Notes: generated by a model from the letters alone, not told the origin. Numbered from the stretch's first letter, positions 37,449-47,604 are shown. The stretch: DNA of 53,009 nucleotides from Pseudomonadota bacterium (GCA_018823005.1 JAHJJB010000172.1:1-53009); one strand, 5' to 3'. Program-made: numbers and translations.

Positions 37449-38603
37449 ATGGATTTTGAGCTTAACAAGTCACAGAAGGAAATTCAGAAAGCGGCCAGAG
37501 AGTTTGCAAAAGGGGAGTTTGATAAAGAACTTGCCCTCGAACTTGATAAGAAGCATGAGTTTCCGCGGGATATCTGGAAAAAGGCAGCCGATCTTGGTTT
37601 CATCGGCATTCATTATCCTGAGAAATATTCGGGACAGGGCCTGGGAATTATGGAAAATATTCTTGTTGCAGAAGAGCTTTGCAGCAAAGATTCAACTATC
37701 GGAAGTTGTGTCGTACTTTCAAGTTTTGCCTCCGAATGTATTTTACGGTTTGGAAGCGAAGATCTGAAATCCAAATATCTTCCCATGGTAGCAGAAGGGA
37801 AAGTGCTGTCAGCCGGTGCATTTACTGAGCCGGACCATGGCTCAGACATAACATTCATGAATACATCGGCTTTAAAAGAAGGAAATGAGTGGGTAATAAA
37901 CGGGACAAAGACCTTTATCACAAACGGCGGAATTGCAGGATTTTTTACAGTTCTTTGCCAGACAGATCATGAAATTAAACCCACTCATAAGGGAATCAGC
38001 ATGATCCTGGTTGATGCGGACAGTAAAGGCGTTTCAACAACAGATGTCGGCCACAAAATGGGCATTCGAATGATGACTACATCTGAAGTTGTTTTTAAAG
38101 ATGTACGCGTTCCTGTTTCAAATCTTATCGGGGTGGAAGGGAAAGGCTTCTATCAGGTCCTCGAGTTTTTTGATGAAAGCAGGATTTTAATAGCAGCCCA
38201 GGCTCTTGGAATAGCACAGGGAGCATTTGACAGAGCAATCGCATACGTAAAGCAGAGAGAGCAGTTCGGGAAGAAAATAGCCCAGTTCCAGGTCACACAG
38301 CACAAGCTTGCAGATATGGCTACAAAAATTGAGCTTGCAAGGCTTATTACATACAAGGCTGCATGGAATTATGATCAGGGAAGGATAGATCCAAAGCTGA
38401 CTTCAATGGCCAAGATGTATGCGGCACGAACGGCCGTGGAAGTTGCCGATGAAGCCATACAGCTTTTGGGCGGATATGGTTATATGACAGAATATGAAGT
38501 GGAACGGTTCTACCGTGATGCGAAAATTACCGAGATTTATGAGGGAACAAAAGAGATTCAGAAAAATACTATTGCAAGCGCACTTCTGGGCAAGTTCAAA
38601 TAA
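37449..38603 (+). CDS. Acyl-CoA dehydrogenase
   Basis: AFTEPDHGSD, NGTKTFITNG, KMG, REQFGK, QLLGGYGY, IYEGT. Confidence 0.95.
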   Translation: MDFELNKSQKEIQKAAREFAKGEFDKELALELDKKHEFPRDIWKKAADLGFIGIHYPEKYSGQGLGIMENILVAEELCSKDSTIGSCVVLSSFASECILRFGSEDLKSKYLPMVAEGKVLSAGAFTEPDHGSDITFMNTSALKEGNEWVINGTKTFITNGGIAGFFTVLCQTDHEIKPTHKGISMILVDADSKGVSTTDVGHKMGIRMMTTSEVVFKDVRVPVSNLIGVEGKGFYQVLEFFDESRILIAAQALGIAQGAFDRAIAYVKQREQFGKKIAQFQVTQHKLADMATKIELARLITYKAAWNYDQGRIDPKLTSMAKMYAARTAVEVADEAIQLLGGYGYMTEYEVERFYRDAKITEIYEGTKEIQKNTIASALLGKFK

Positions 38604-38636
38604 CCTGGTTACAATAACTCTAACGGAGGAGGCTTT

Positions 38637-38948
38637 ATGATTGATCTTGTAAAAAAAACAATGCTCACCGGAGTCGGCTTTGCACTTAAGACCTGGGATG
38701 AAGTTGAGAAAAGAGCCAAAATTATTGCCAAAAAAAGCAAAATGTCCGAGAAGGAAGGGGAAAAATTCCTGGATGACGTCCGTGAGAAGTATGATGAAGT
38801 GCAGGACAAACTGGAGGCAAAAGTAGGTAAAATGATCAAGAATCTCATGAAGAAAGGGAATGTTGCCACAAGCGATGACATCAAGGCCCTGAAAAAGGAG
38901 ATAAGTGAGCTGAAAAAAAAGATCAAGGGATCAGGTTCAGAAAAATAA
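38637..38948 (+). CDS. Phasin/PHA-granule-associated-like coiled-coil protein
   Basis: KKTMLTGVG...EGEKF...VATSDDIKALKKEI; a typical neighbour of AarF kinases. Confidence 0.65.
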   Translation: MIDLVKKTMLTGVGFALKTWDEVEKRAKIIAKKSKMSEKEGEKFLDDVREKYDEVQDKLEAKVGKMIKNLMKKGNVATSDDIKALKKEISELKKKIKGSGSEK

Positions 38949-38964
38949 AGCCGGAGCCTGAAAT

Positions 38965-40662
38965 ATGCTCAGCATAAAAAAAATCGGCGTTATAGGACGG
39001 ACATACCGTCATCTCAACCGCTACCGGCAGATATTAACGGTTCTTTTCAGGTACGGGTTCGGAGACCTTATTGAGCTTCTGAAGATAGAGCAGTATATAG
39101 AAATAGGTCTTCAGATGATCTCGAGAAAAAGGCGCGACAGGGTAGATAAGCTGACGAGAGCGGAAAGGATCAGAATGGCTTTCGAGGAACTTGGCCCGAC
39201 CTATGTCAAGTTCGGCCAGATTCTTTCCACCCGCCCCGATCTTGTTCCGATTGACTTCACGCAGGAGTTATCAAAACTTCAGGATGAAGTCCCCCCTTTC
39301 CCTTTTATTGACGCAAAAAAAATAATAGAATCAGAGATCGGTGTTTTGACGGCCGATTTATTTGAGTTTCTTGATGAAACTCCGATTGCTGCTGCTTCTA
39401 TCGGCCAGGTATACAGGGCCAGGCTCAAAGACGGAGAAGAAATTGCCATAAAGGTCCAGCGTCCCGGCATCAGGAAGATAATAGAGGTCGATCTTGAGAT
39501 AATGCTTCATCTGGCAATGCTTATGGAGCGCCACGTTGAAGAGATGGATCTCTACCGCCCTGTCAGGATCGTGGAGGAATTTGCCAGAACCCTTGAGCGG
39601 GAAATCGACTATACACTTGAAGCTTCCAACATGGAGAGAATAGGGCATCAGTTCTTAAACGATCAATCTCTTTATGTCCCCAAAGTATACCGCGAAATGA
39701 CAACGGCCCATGTCCTTACCATGGAGTATATTGATGGCATAAAGGTTTCAGAATTAGAGCGCATTGATGAGGCCGGTCTTGACAGGAAATTAATTACAGC
39801 CCGTGGTGCCGACATCTATCTTAAACAGGTTTTTGATCACGGTTTTTTTCACGCTGATCCGCATCCCGGAAACATATTTGTTCTTCCCGGCAATGTTATC
39901 TGCCTGCTTGATTTTGGAATGACAGGATTTGTCGACCGCCAGACAAGGGAGGATTTTGTTGAACTGATAGAAAGTGTTATCAGCCAGAGCGAGACGAGAG
40001 CGGCCCAGATTATACTGAAAATTACCACATGGGACGAACTGCCTGATACGCGCCTCCTTGAAAGAGATGTAGCCGATTTCATGGGAGAGCACCTTTACAA
40101 GCCCCTTAAAGACATCAAAATTGGAAAGCTTTTACAGCATCTTCTTGAAGCGACTTCACGCCATCGCCTTAGAATCCCTCCCAATATATTCCTTATGATG
40201 AAGGCGCTAAGCACGGTTGAAAGTGTTGCTGTTTCCCTTGATCCTGAGTTTGACATGATCGGGCATGCGGCACCATTTATCAGGCGCATCAGACTTGCTA
40301 TGTTTACGCCCCAAAGACTTACCGGTGAAGTGATGGGGATTGCGGCTGAATCTTTTCAGTTCATGCGTCAGTTCCCAAAGGATTTGCTTGAAATCACCAG
40401 GCTTATGAGGAGCCAGAAACTTGGATTAAAGATAGAACATAACGGCCTTGATAATATGCTTTCAACCCATGACAGGGTCAGCAACAGGATATCTTTTTCA
40501 ATAATAATTGCCGCCCTCATAATAGGATCGGCAATTATACTCGCTTCCGCAATTCCTCCCATGCTTTACGGGGTGTCACTTCTTGGGATCATAGGGTTTG
40601 TAGCTGCAGCCATGATGGGGTTATGGCTTCTTATTGCCATGTTACGAAAAGGAAAATTGTAA
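38965..40662 (+). CDS. AarF/ABC1/UbiB-family atypical kinase
   Basis: LGPTYVKFGQ, AAASIGQVY, KVQRP, FHADPHPGN, DFG, C-terminal TM helices. Confidence 0.93.
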   Translation: MLSIKKIGVIGRTYRHLNRYRQILTVLFRYGFGDLIELLKIEQYIEIGLQMISRKRRDRVDKLTRAERIRMAFEELGPTYVKFGQILSTRPDLVPIDFTQELSKLQDEVPPFPFIDAKKIIESEIGVLTADLFEFLDETPIAAASIGQVYRARLKDGEEIAIKVQRPGIRKIIEVDLEIMLHLAMLMERHVEEMDLYRPVRIVEEFARTLEREIDYTLEASNMERIGHQFLNDQSLYVPKVYREMTTAHVLTMEYIDGIKVSELERIDEAGLDRKLITARGADIYLKQVFDHGFFHADPHPGNIFVLPGNVICLLDFGMTGFVDRQTREDFVELIESVISQSETRAAQIILKITTWDELPDTRLLERDVADFMGEHLYKPLKDIKIGKLLQHLLEATSRHRLRIPPNIFLMMKALSTVESVAVSLDPEFDMIGHAAPFIRRIRLAMFTPQRLTGEVMGIAAESFQFMRQFPKDLLEITRLMRSQKLGLKIEHNGLDNMLSTHDRVSNRISFSIIIAALIIGSAIILASAIPPMLYGVSLLGIIGFVAAAMMGLWLLIAMLRKGKL

Positions 40663-40710
40663 TTAGTGCCTGAAAGAATACCCGGGACTTTTGCATAACA
40701 TCTGATCAAA

Positions 40711-40937
40711 GGGCCTGGCAGGGGTAATGGGCTTTGGCATTTTGCAAGAATGAGATACAGACTCCGCCAACGGCAGCAAATCCGCATCCATTATACCTGA
40801 ACAGCCCCAAAGGATAGATGGTCACGAAGCCCTGTTTTCTATCTGCCTGTCTGGTCTTTTTCGACTGCATGGGGCGTTGATATGTTTCCTAAAAAATTTC
40901 TTGCGGAATGCCAAAGCCCATTACCCCTGCCAGGCCC
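40711..40937. repeat. Element with 40-bp terminal inverted repeats (MITE-like)
   Basis: Arms 40711-40750 and 40898-40937 match at 38/40 positions, with a 147-bp spacer, between convergent genes. Confidence 0.85.
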
Positions 40938-40960
40938 GAATCGGGGGTACGCAAAGATCT

Positions 40961-42631
40961 CTATACTACCGTATATCCCGGCCCCTCCCCACCTTCCGGG
41001 CATGTCCACTTTATATTCCGGTACGGATCTTTTATGTCGCATGTCTTGCAGTGGAGGCAGTTCGAAAAATTCACTTTGAGCCGTCGTTTCATTGTTTTTT
41101 CGTCAGTTTCTATTTCATAAACATTTCCGGGGCAGAATTTTGTGCATGGAGACTGGTATTTTTCATAACATTCATTAACACATATATTGGTGTCATGGAC
41201 TATTATGTGGCAGGGCTGGTCTTCCCTGTGCATTGTCTTTGAGAGAAAGACACCCGTGAGTTTGTCGACATACAATGTTCCATCAATGACTTTTTTTTCT
41301 TTTTCAGCAGAGGTTTGACCTGATTCTTTAACATGCTTAAGGGTTGTACAGTCATCTTCTGTGGATAGTCCGTCTCTTATGCCCCGGCCTTTTGAGAAAT
41401 ACTGGGCTCCGAGATGGACGAATTTTGTTATGCCTTTTTTGGCAAGCGCCTGGGCAAAATTTCTTCCTTCAAGCATTTCTTCATTAAGCCAGCTTTTTTC
41501 AAAAAGAGTCTTGTATAAGCTCAAGGTCTCTGCATTAAAGCTGTTCTCCTCAAAGGCACTTATAATTGCCTCAGCGGCCAGCATGCCGGATTTCATTGAA
41601 GCATGTATCCCTTTTAAGGCCGGTGTATTCTGAATGGCTGCGCAGCCTCCTGTAAAAAGGGCACCGTTCACAAACAGCTTGGGCATTGTATAATATCCCC
41701 CGGTTGAAACTGTGCGGGCTCCCTGCTGCAGAACTTTTCCATTTTTTATTATTCCTGCAACAAAGGGATGGCTTTTAAATCTTATGAATTCATCATATAT
41801 GTCGAAAAGGGGATCTTCATAGCAAAGCCCTGCGAGGAAACCAAGAGCCACCCTGTTATCCTTCATCTCGTATATGAATCCGCCGCCCGGTGTGTCAAAG
41901 TCAAGGGGATATCCTAGTGTATGTATGTCGTTGCCTTTGCTTGAAGAAAAATAATTATTTTCAGGAAGCTGTATTACTTCCTTGATCCCGATTTCAAAAA
42001 CCTGGGGCATTTTGTCAGAAAAGATGTCGAGCTTTTTTGCGATATCCTGCAATAGGCTTCCTCTCGCACCTTCCCCGAAGACTGTAACTTTTGCCATGAG
42101 ATCTATTCCGGGCTCAAAGTTGCTTTTAGGAGTGCCGTCTTTTCCAAGGCCTTTATCCCCTGTGCGGATACCTTCAACAGACTTATTGTTGGAAGCGTAT
42201 AATATTTCTTTTCCGGCAAACCCCGGAAATATGTTTACGCCCAGCTCCAGGGCAATTTCACCGAGCCATTTCGTAAATTTGGAAAGGCTGATTACAAAAT
42301 AACCTTTATTGTGCATATATCTGGGTATGAAAGGAACACGGAAAAAGGAGTTTTTTGTAAGGTATATGAATTCATCTCCCCTTACGACAGTTTCAATTGG
42401 ACATCCCTTATCGGAATAATCGGGGATCAGTTCCCTTAAAGCGATCGGGTTTAAAACAGCTCCGCTTAATGCGTGAGCGCCTATTTCTGCTCCTTTCTCA
42501 ATAAGGGCAACTTCAAGGTTGATGTTTTTTTCCCTGGCAAGCTGCATAAGCCTGATAGCTCCGGCCAAGCTTGCCGGGCCGCCTCCCACAAAAAGCACGT
42601 CAAAATCAATTTTTTCTCTCACTATATCCAC
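40961..42631 (-). CDS. Electron-transfer flavoprotein:quinone oxidoreductase (ETF-QO)
   Basis: VGGGPA, EKGAEIGAHALSGA, GEGARG, KGIH.SMKSG; C-terminal FCPGNVYE and CLHCKTCDIKDP Fe-S motifs. Confidence 0.93.
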   Translation of the reverse strand: MDIVREKIDFDVLFVGGGPASLAGAIRLMQLAREKNINLEVALIEKGAEIGAHALSGAVLNPIALRELIPDYSDKGCPIETVVRGDEFIYLTKNSFFRVPFIPRYMHNKGYFVISLSKFTKWLGEIALELGVNIFPGFAGKEILYASNNKSVEGIRTGDKGLGKDGTPKSNFEPGIDLMAKVTVFGEGARGSLLQDIAKKLDIFSDKMPQVFEIGIKEVIQLPENNYFSSSKGNDIHTLGYPLDFDTPGGGFIYEMKDNRVALGFLAGLCYEDPLFDIYDEFIRFKSHPFVAGIIKNGKVLQQGARTVSTGGYYTMPKLFVNGALFTGGCAAIQNTPALKGIHASMKSGMLAAEAIISAFEENSFNAETLSLYKTLFEKSWLNEEMLEGRNFAQALAKKGITKFVHLGAQYFSKGRGIRDGLSTEDDCTTLKHVKESGQTSAEKEKKVIDGTLYVDKLTGVFLSKTMHREDQPCHIIVHDTNICVNECYEKYQSPCTKFCPGNVYEIETDEKTMKRRLKVNFSNCLHCKTCDIKDPYRNIKWTCPEGGEGPGYTVV

Positions 42632-42808
42632 TTGTCCTCACCTTTATGTTTTTTAATTGAAGGTTGTTTTATAATATAGCCACAATTTAACTATCAGACT
42701 TGTATCAAATCAATGTTAATGTGACAACATTTTTTGATAATATAATAAAAATTCGTTTTCTGCCGCTACGGATTGCATTTTATCCTTTGTCATTGTAGCG
42801 TATTCGGC

Positions 42809-42918
42809 AGTGAATAGTGAATGGTGAATATAAGGATTCGGGGGTCAGGTAAAAAAGAATAGGATTCAAGGATTCGAGGATTCGAGCGAAAAAGACAAAA
42901 ACCAGAGACCAGAAACCA
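42809..42918. repeat. Composite heptamer arrays
   Basis: AGTGAAT-like x3, GGATTCG/A-like x4, AACCAGA-like x3. Confidence 0.6.
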
Positions 42919-42931
42919 AAGTTTTAATAAT

Positions 42932-43759
42932 ATGGGTACAAATAAACCGATAGTCAGCGTAATTATTCCCGCATATAACAGGGGATGGATGTTAAAAGAG
43001 GCCGTGGATTCGGTTCTTTCTCAGGAATTTTACGATTTTGAGCTGATCGTGACAGATGACGGCTCGGAGGATAATACCCCGGACATCCTGGCTTCTTATG
43101 GGAACAGAATAAAGGTTATAAGACAGGAAAACAAAGGCGTGAGCTCTGCAAGGAATAAAGGTATTGCCTCATCATCCGGAAGTTACATCGCTTTTCTTGA
43201 TTCAGATGACCTGTGGCTTCCGGGAAAATTATCGACCCAGCTTGCATTTTTTGAAAGTAATCCTAGCGCATTTATATGCCAGACAGAAGAAATATGGCTG
43301 AAAAACGGGAAAAGGTTTAATCCTGGGAAAAGGCATAAAAAGGTATCGGGATTTTTTTTTGAAAAATCACTTGAACTTTGCATGGTAAGCCCGTCTGCAG
43401 TTATGGTGAAAAAGAGCCTTCTCGATATTGTCGGCCTTTTCGATGAAACGCTTCCTGCATGTGAAGATTATGACCTGTGGCTCCGGATAAACTGCCGGCA
43501 TCCGATATACCTTATTGATACGCCTCTGATTGTAAAAAGGGGCGGGCACAAAGACCAGTTATCCGGAATGCATTCCATGGACAAATACAGAATTCAGTCA
43601 ATTATAAAGCTTATTGAAAACAGCCTCTTATCTGAAGATCAGCAAAAACTTGCGATAAAAATTTTAAAAGAAAAATGTCATGTTTATTCCGATGGCTGCA
43701 GGAAAAGAGGGCGAATAGAGGAAGCATTGCATTATATTGAAACCGCGGAAAGTTATTGA
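42932..43759 (+). CDS. Glycosyltransferase family 2
   Basis: VSVIIPAYN, DDGS, ARNKG, FLDSDD, EDYDLW. Confidence 0.93.
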   Translation: MGTNKPIVSVIIPAYNRGWMLKEAVDSVLSQEFYDFELIVTDDGSEDNTPDILASYGNRIKVIRQENKGVSSARNKGIASSSGSYIAFLDSDDLWLPGKLSTQLAFFESNPSAFICQTEEIWLKNGKRFNPGKRHKKVSGFFFEKSLELCMVSPSAVMVKKSLLDIVGLFDETLPACEDYDLWLRINCRHPIYLIDTPLIVKRGGHKDQLSGMHSMDKYRIQSIIKLIENSLLSEDQQKLAIKILKEKCHVYSDGCRKRGRIEEALHYIETAESY

Positions 43760-43768
43760 CCGGCCATA

Positions 43769-43796
43769 TTGAAAAATGACAGCAATAAGCTATAAT
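43769..43796 (+). promoter_or_regulatory. sigma70-type promoter of the alkyl sulfatase gene
   Basis: TTGAAA-16 bp-TATAAT. Confidence 0.45.
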
Positions 43797-43858
43797 CCGA
43801 TCCATTTCCAGCAAGAGTAACTTGAATATGTAACAAAATAATGTGCGGAGATCCAGAA

Positions 43859-45586
43859 ATGAAAACAACTATGGGGGGAAAAACAGCACTTTTTATAATA
43901 TCTGTGGCCGCTTGTGTATTGATAGTGGCCGGCTGTTCGGGAGAAAAACCGGTCAATCCTGCCGGAATTAATAACAGTGAGCTTGTGAAGCATACGGCCG
44001 AATTCAAGCAGGGGATCATTAAAGTAACGGAGGGTGTGTATGTGGCAATCGGCTATGGGCTTGCCAACTCGATACTGCTTGAAGGGCAGGACGGTGTAGT
44101 AATAGTTGATGTGATGGAGAGCGTTGAAGCAGCCAGGCCGGTAAAGAATGCATTTGATAATATAACGTCAAAACCCATAAAAGCTGTTATTTACACCCAC
44201 TACCATGCCGATCATGTCTTTGGAGCCGGGGTTTTCACAGAAAATAAAAACATCGATATATATTCCCATAAGAAAACATTGGATGAACTGGATCGAGTCA
44301 CTACAGTTACGCAGGAAATAACTTATAAACGGGCGATGCGCATGTTCGGTACTTTTTTGAAAAACGACGAACTTGAAAACTGTGGAATCGGTCCTTTTCT
44401 GAAGTTTAACGATAAAACAACTATGTCATATGTTAGGCCGAATAAAACGTTTTCCGATGAGACGCTGAAAGTGAGCATAGCAGGTATAAATCTTGAACTC
44501 ATACATGCGCCGGGCGAGACCGATGACCAGATTATTGTCTGGATGCCGGATAAAAAAGTTCTCATTGCAGCGGATAATTATTACAAGTCCTTTCCGAATC
44601 TCTACACAATACGCGGAACCAGTTACAGGGACGTGCTTGCGTGGGTTCGAAGCCTTGATAAAATGCTGTTGCTGAAGGCGGAGTATCTCGTACCCTGCCA
44701 TTCACGACCCATAACAGGATTGGACACAATATATAAAATACTCACAGACTACAGAGATGCAATACAGTTTGTCCATGACCAGACAATACGGGGCATCAAC
44801 AGGGGGCTTACCCCGGATGAACTGGCAGAAACAGTGAAATTGCCTCGGCATCTGGCAGAAAAACCATACCTTCGCGAATATTACGGAACTGTAGCCTGGT
44901 CGGTAAGAAACATCTTTAACGGGTATCTCGGATGGTTCAGCGGGAATTCAACAGATCTGAATCCTCTCACATTAAAAGAGCGCGCCGGGAGATTTGCAAG
45001 GCTTGCAGGAGGCAATAAAGAGCTCCTGGAGCATGCGAGGAAAGCCGGCGCAGAGCAGGACCACCAGTGGGTTTTAGAGCTGACGGACAAGTTGCTTCAG
45101 ATCACTCCAAATATGAGCGAAGCCCTTGAATTAAAAGCTTTGTCTCTTCGCGCGCTTGCATTACGGCAGGGTAATGTAAATGCTCGGAATTATTACCTCT
45201 CACAGGCACATGAGACCGAAGGAAAGTTAAAACTGACACAGGCTAAAATCGACGCGGATCTGGCCCACAGAGTCCCTCTTGCGGCTATCTTTGCCGGTAT
45301 GAGTGTAAAACTGAATCCTGAAAAAAGCGCCAATATCGATAAAGTAGCAGGATTTTATTTTCCGGACACAAATGAAGCCTTTACGGTGCATGTCCGGCGT
45401 GGAGTAGCCATAATCGAGCCGCGTTTTCCGGAAAGAGCAGACATAACCGTGACGGTTGATTCCCATATATGGAAAGAGATTGCGGCCAGGCTTGCCAACC
45501 CTGCCGTGGCACTGGCAAAAGGTGACGTAAAAATAGAGGGAGGAATAATTAATGTGGTTAATTTCCTTGGCCTCTTCAGAGATTGA
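43859..45586 (+). CDS. Alkyl/aryl sulfatase (SdsA-type: MBL + dimerisation + SCP2), lipoprotein
   Basis: Lipobox VAGC; THYHADH, PGET, PNLYTIRG, EYYG, YLGWF; C-terminal SCP2-like domain. Confidence 0.9.
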   Translation: MKTTMGGKTALFIISVAACVLIVAGCSGEKPVNPAGINNSELVKHTAEFKQGIIKVTEGVYVAIGYGLANSILLEGQDGVVIVDVMESVEAARPVKNAFDNITSKPIKAVIYTHYHADHVFGAGVFTENKNIDIYSHKKTLDELDRVTTVTQEITYKRAMRMFGTFLKNDELENCGIGPFLKFNDKTTMSYVRPNKTFSDETLKVSIAGINLELIHAPGETDDQIIVWMPDKKVLIAADNYYKSFPNLYTIRGTSYRDVLAWVRSLDKMLLLKAEYLVPCHSRPITGLDTIYKILTDYRDAIQFVHDQTIRGINRGLTPDELAETVKLPRHLAEKPYLREYYGTVAWSVRNIFNGYLGWFSGNSTDLNPLTLKERAGRFARLAGGNKELLEHARKAGAEQDHQWVLELTDKLLQITPNMSEALELKALSLRALALRQGNVNARNYYLSQAHETEGKLKLTQAKIDADLAHRVPLAAIFAGMSVKLNPEKSANIDKVAGFYFPDTNEAFTVHVRRGVAIIEPRFPERADITVTVDSHIWKEIAARLANPAVALAKGDVKIEGGIINVVNFLGLFRD

Positions 45587-45592
45587 AACAAG

Positions 45593-45625
45593 AAAGGCAT
45601 TCATGCATATTGCATGAATGCCTTT
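45593..45625. terminator. Bidirectional intrinsic terminator
   Basis: Perfect 15-bp stem AAAGGCATTCATGCA-TAT-TGCATGAATGCCTTT between convergent genes. Confidence 0.8.
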
Positions 45626-45649
45626 AATTGTTAATCTATAATCGTTTAA

Positions 45650-45850
45650 TTAGACTTTTGTTACATTAGCTGCGCCGGGGCCTTTGGGGCCATCGACTAC
45701 ATCGAATGTTACGCGGTCACCTTCAGAAAGCGATTTAAATCCGGTTGAATTAATAGCTGAATGATGAACAAATACATCCTTGCCATTTTCCTGCTCAATG
45801 AAGCCGAAACCCTTGCTGTCATTAAACCATTTTACAGTTCCATTTGCCAT
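45650..45850 (-). CDS. Cold-shock protein
   Basis: [21 protein letters not shown]; AGGAGG RBS. Confidence 0.97.
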   Translation of the reverse strand: MANGTVKWFNDSKGFGFIEQENGKDVFVHHSAINSTGFKSLSEGDRVTFDVVDGPKGPGAANVTKV

Positions 45851-45978
45851 AGTGTTTTCCTCCTTTCATAAGATACCATCAAGGTCTCTGACTTCAGGCT
45901 GTCACTTTGACAACATGGAACAATCCTTCTGCTCGAAACCGATTTGCAATACTTTGCAAATCTTTACTGATTTGTCAC

Positions 45979-46007
45979 ACACTACATCGTCCCGATATGA
46001 ATGTCAA
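45979..46007 (-). promoter_or_regulatory. Promoter of the csp gene, implying a ~120-nt 5' UTR
   Basis: TTGACA-17 bp-TAGTGT on the minus strand; long leaders are typical of csp mRNAs. Confidence 0.55.
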
Positions 46008-46278
46008 CATAAATTATTAAAATATTTTAGGATATTATACGATGTCCCGGAATTATCTCAATGGTTGTATTTACATTCAATAAAATCATAGTAATATATG
46101 CAGGGGTGCCCTATTTTTTCCGTACTGTCCGCCACATTTTATTAATTAGCCGGGCAATTGATAAATAAAATGATAAACTCAATTAATTCAAAGAGTTTTA
46201 GATATTTGACAAGATCTTTTCCCCGGCCTGCTGATGGATTTATTGCAAGACTATCAATATTTGACAGGAGAGCATGTT

Positions 46279-46470
46279 ATGGATGGAAAAGTCAAATCAG
46301 CTATAAGACCCGGAATCAGAGTTTCAATAGTGCTGAAGAAGGATCAGTGTTCAGGGATGTTGACAGAAGGAATTGTAAAGGAGATTTTAACTAATTCTCC
46401 CACTCATCCTCATGGAATCAAGGTGCGCCTGGAAAACGGGGAAGTCGGAAGAGTAAAGCATATTCTGTGA
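46279..46470 (+). CDS. YwbE (DUF2196) family protein
   Basis: IVLKKDQ.SG.LTEGIVKEILTNSPTHPHGIKVRLENGEVGRV. Confidence 0.88.
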   Translation: MDGKVKSAIRPGIRVSIVLKKDQCSGMLTEGIVKEILTNSPTHPHGIKVRLENGEVGRVKHIL

Positions 46471-46652
46471 AAGTAATATTCTGCTGAAGGATGTGCTGAG
46501 AGTATGAAGCAGTTTATTCTGGACATGAAGATATTTTCCATGATACCAAGGCGACCGTCTAATTCCGGCTGATGCTGAAAAAAAAACAGTATTTCAGTCT
46601 GCTTATTAATTTAACTGCAGTTTTGGTAAAAACAAAAATTCCGGAGGAAAAA

Positions 46653-47084
46653 ATGAACAAAAAATTGTTATTGTCTTTAGTTGTTATGTTATCGCTTATA
46701 TGTGCATCTTTTGCAGTAGCTGCACCTGATATGAAGGAAGGTCAGTGGGAGATAACCGTAGCTTCAAAAATGGAAATGCCCGGAATGTCAGTGGCGATGC
46801 CTCCGGCAAAGTATACTCAGTGTCTTACAAAAAGCGACTTTGTACCCAATAAAAAAGAACCGGGTCAGGAATGTGAAAAGATGTCAGTTAATGTCAGCGG
46901 AAATACTGTATCCTGGTCAATAACATGCAAAAGTAAAGAGGGTACGATGAAAGGCACGGGTAAAATAACCTATAAAGGAAATACATATGAAGGTGTTATG
47001 AACATGACCTTTCCTAATCAGGGTGGAGGTGAAGGCAAAATGACCAGCAACATGACCGGAAAGTGGGTAGGTAATTGCAAGTAG
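46653..47084 (+). CDS. Secreted DUF3617-family protein
   Basis: Signal peptide; MKEGQWEIT, TQCLT, C-terminal GKWVGNC; GGAGG RBS. Confidence 0.8.
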   Translation: MNKKLLLSLVVMLSLICASFAVAAPDMKEGQWEITVASKMEMPGMSVAMPPAKYTQCLTKSDFVPNKKEPGQECEKMSVNVSGNTVSWSITCKSKEGTMKGTGKITYKGNTYEGVMNMTFPNQGGGEGKMTSNMTGKWVGNCK

Positions 47085-47103
47085 CTATAGATATTAGGTA
47101 TAT

Positions 47104-47577
47104 ATGAAAATAAATCAAGAACTTATTGCTCCGTGTGGATTGTATTGCGGTGTATGCGGTGTATATTATGCCACAAGAGACAACAACCAGAAGTTTCTGG
47201 AAAAGCTTTTAAATATGTATAAAACAAATATTCCGGGCATAGAGCACCTGACCACCGGAGATTTGTTGTGTGACGGCTGCCTGTCAGGCAGGGTATCTCT
47301 ATTTTGCAGGGCCTGTTGAATCAAGGACTGCACCGGTAATAAGGGCTTTGAAGGATGTAACGAATGCAGCAGTTTTCCGTGCGAACATATTGATAATTTT
47401 CCGATGCCTGTCGGGAAAAAAGTTATTTTAAGGGCAGTGCCATATTGGCATGAAAATGGTAAAGAGAAATGGATAGAGAATGAAGAGGCTCGATATTACT
47501 GTCCTGATTGCAGAAATAAAACCTTCAGAGGTGCAAAGCGGTGCAATAAATGCGGTGTTGCCGTTGATCTTGATTGA
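47104..47577 (+). pseudogene. DUF3795 Cys-rich protein interrupted by an in-frame TGA (47317-47319)
   Basis: APCGLYCGVC...CDGC...CRAC*IKDC...GCNECSSFPC...CPDC...CNKC. The same frame stays open for 85 more sense codons to TGA at 47577. Confidence 0.8.
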
Positions 47578-47604
47578 TGACAGATAGTTGAATATTAGTG
47601 AGTG

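Noticed and set aside
40566-41079. Small ORFs sharing the peptide CQSPLPLPGP on opposite strands
   Set aside because: Artefact of translating the two arms of the 40-bp inverted repeat.
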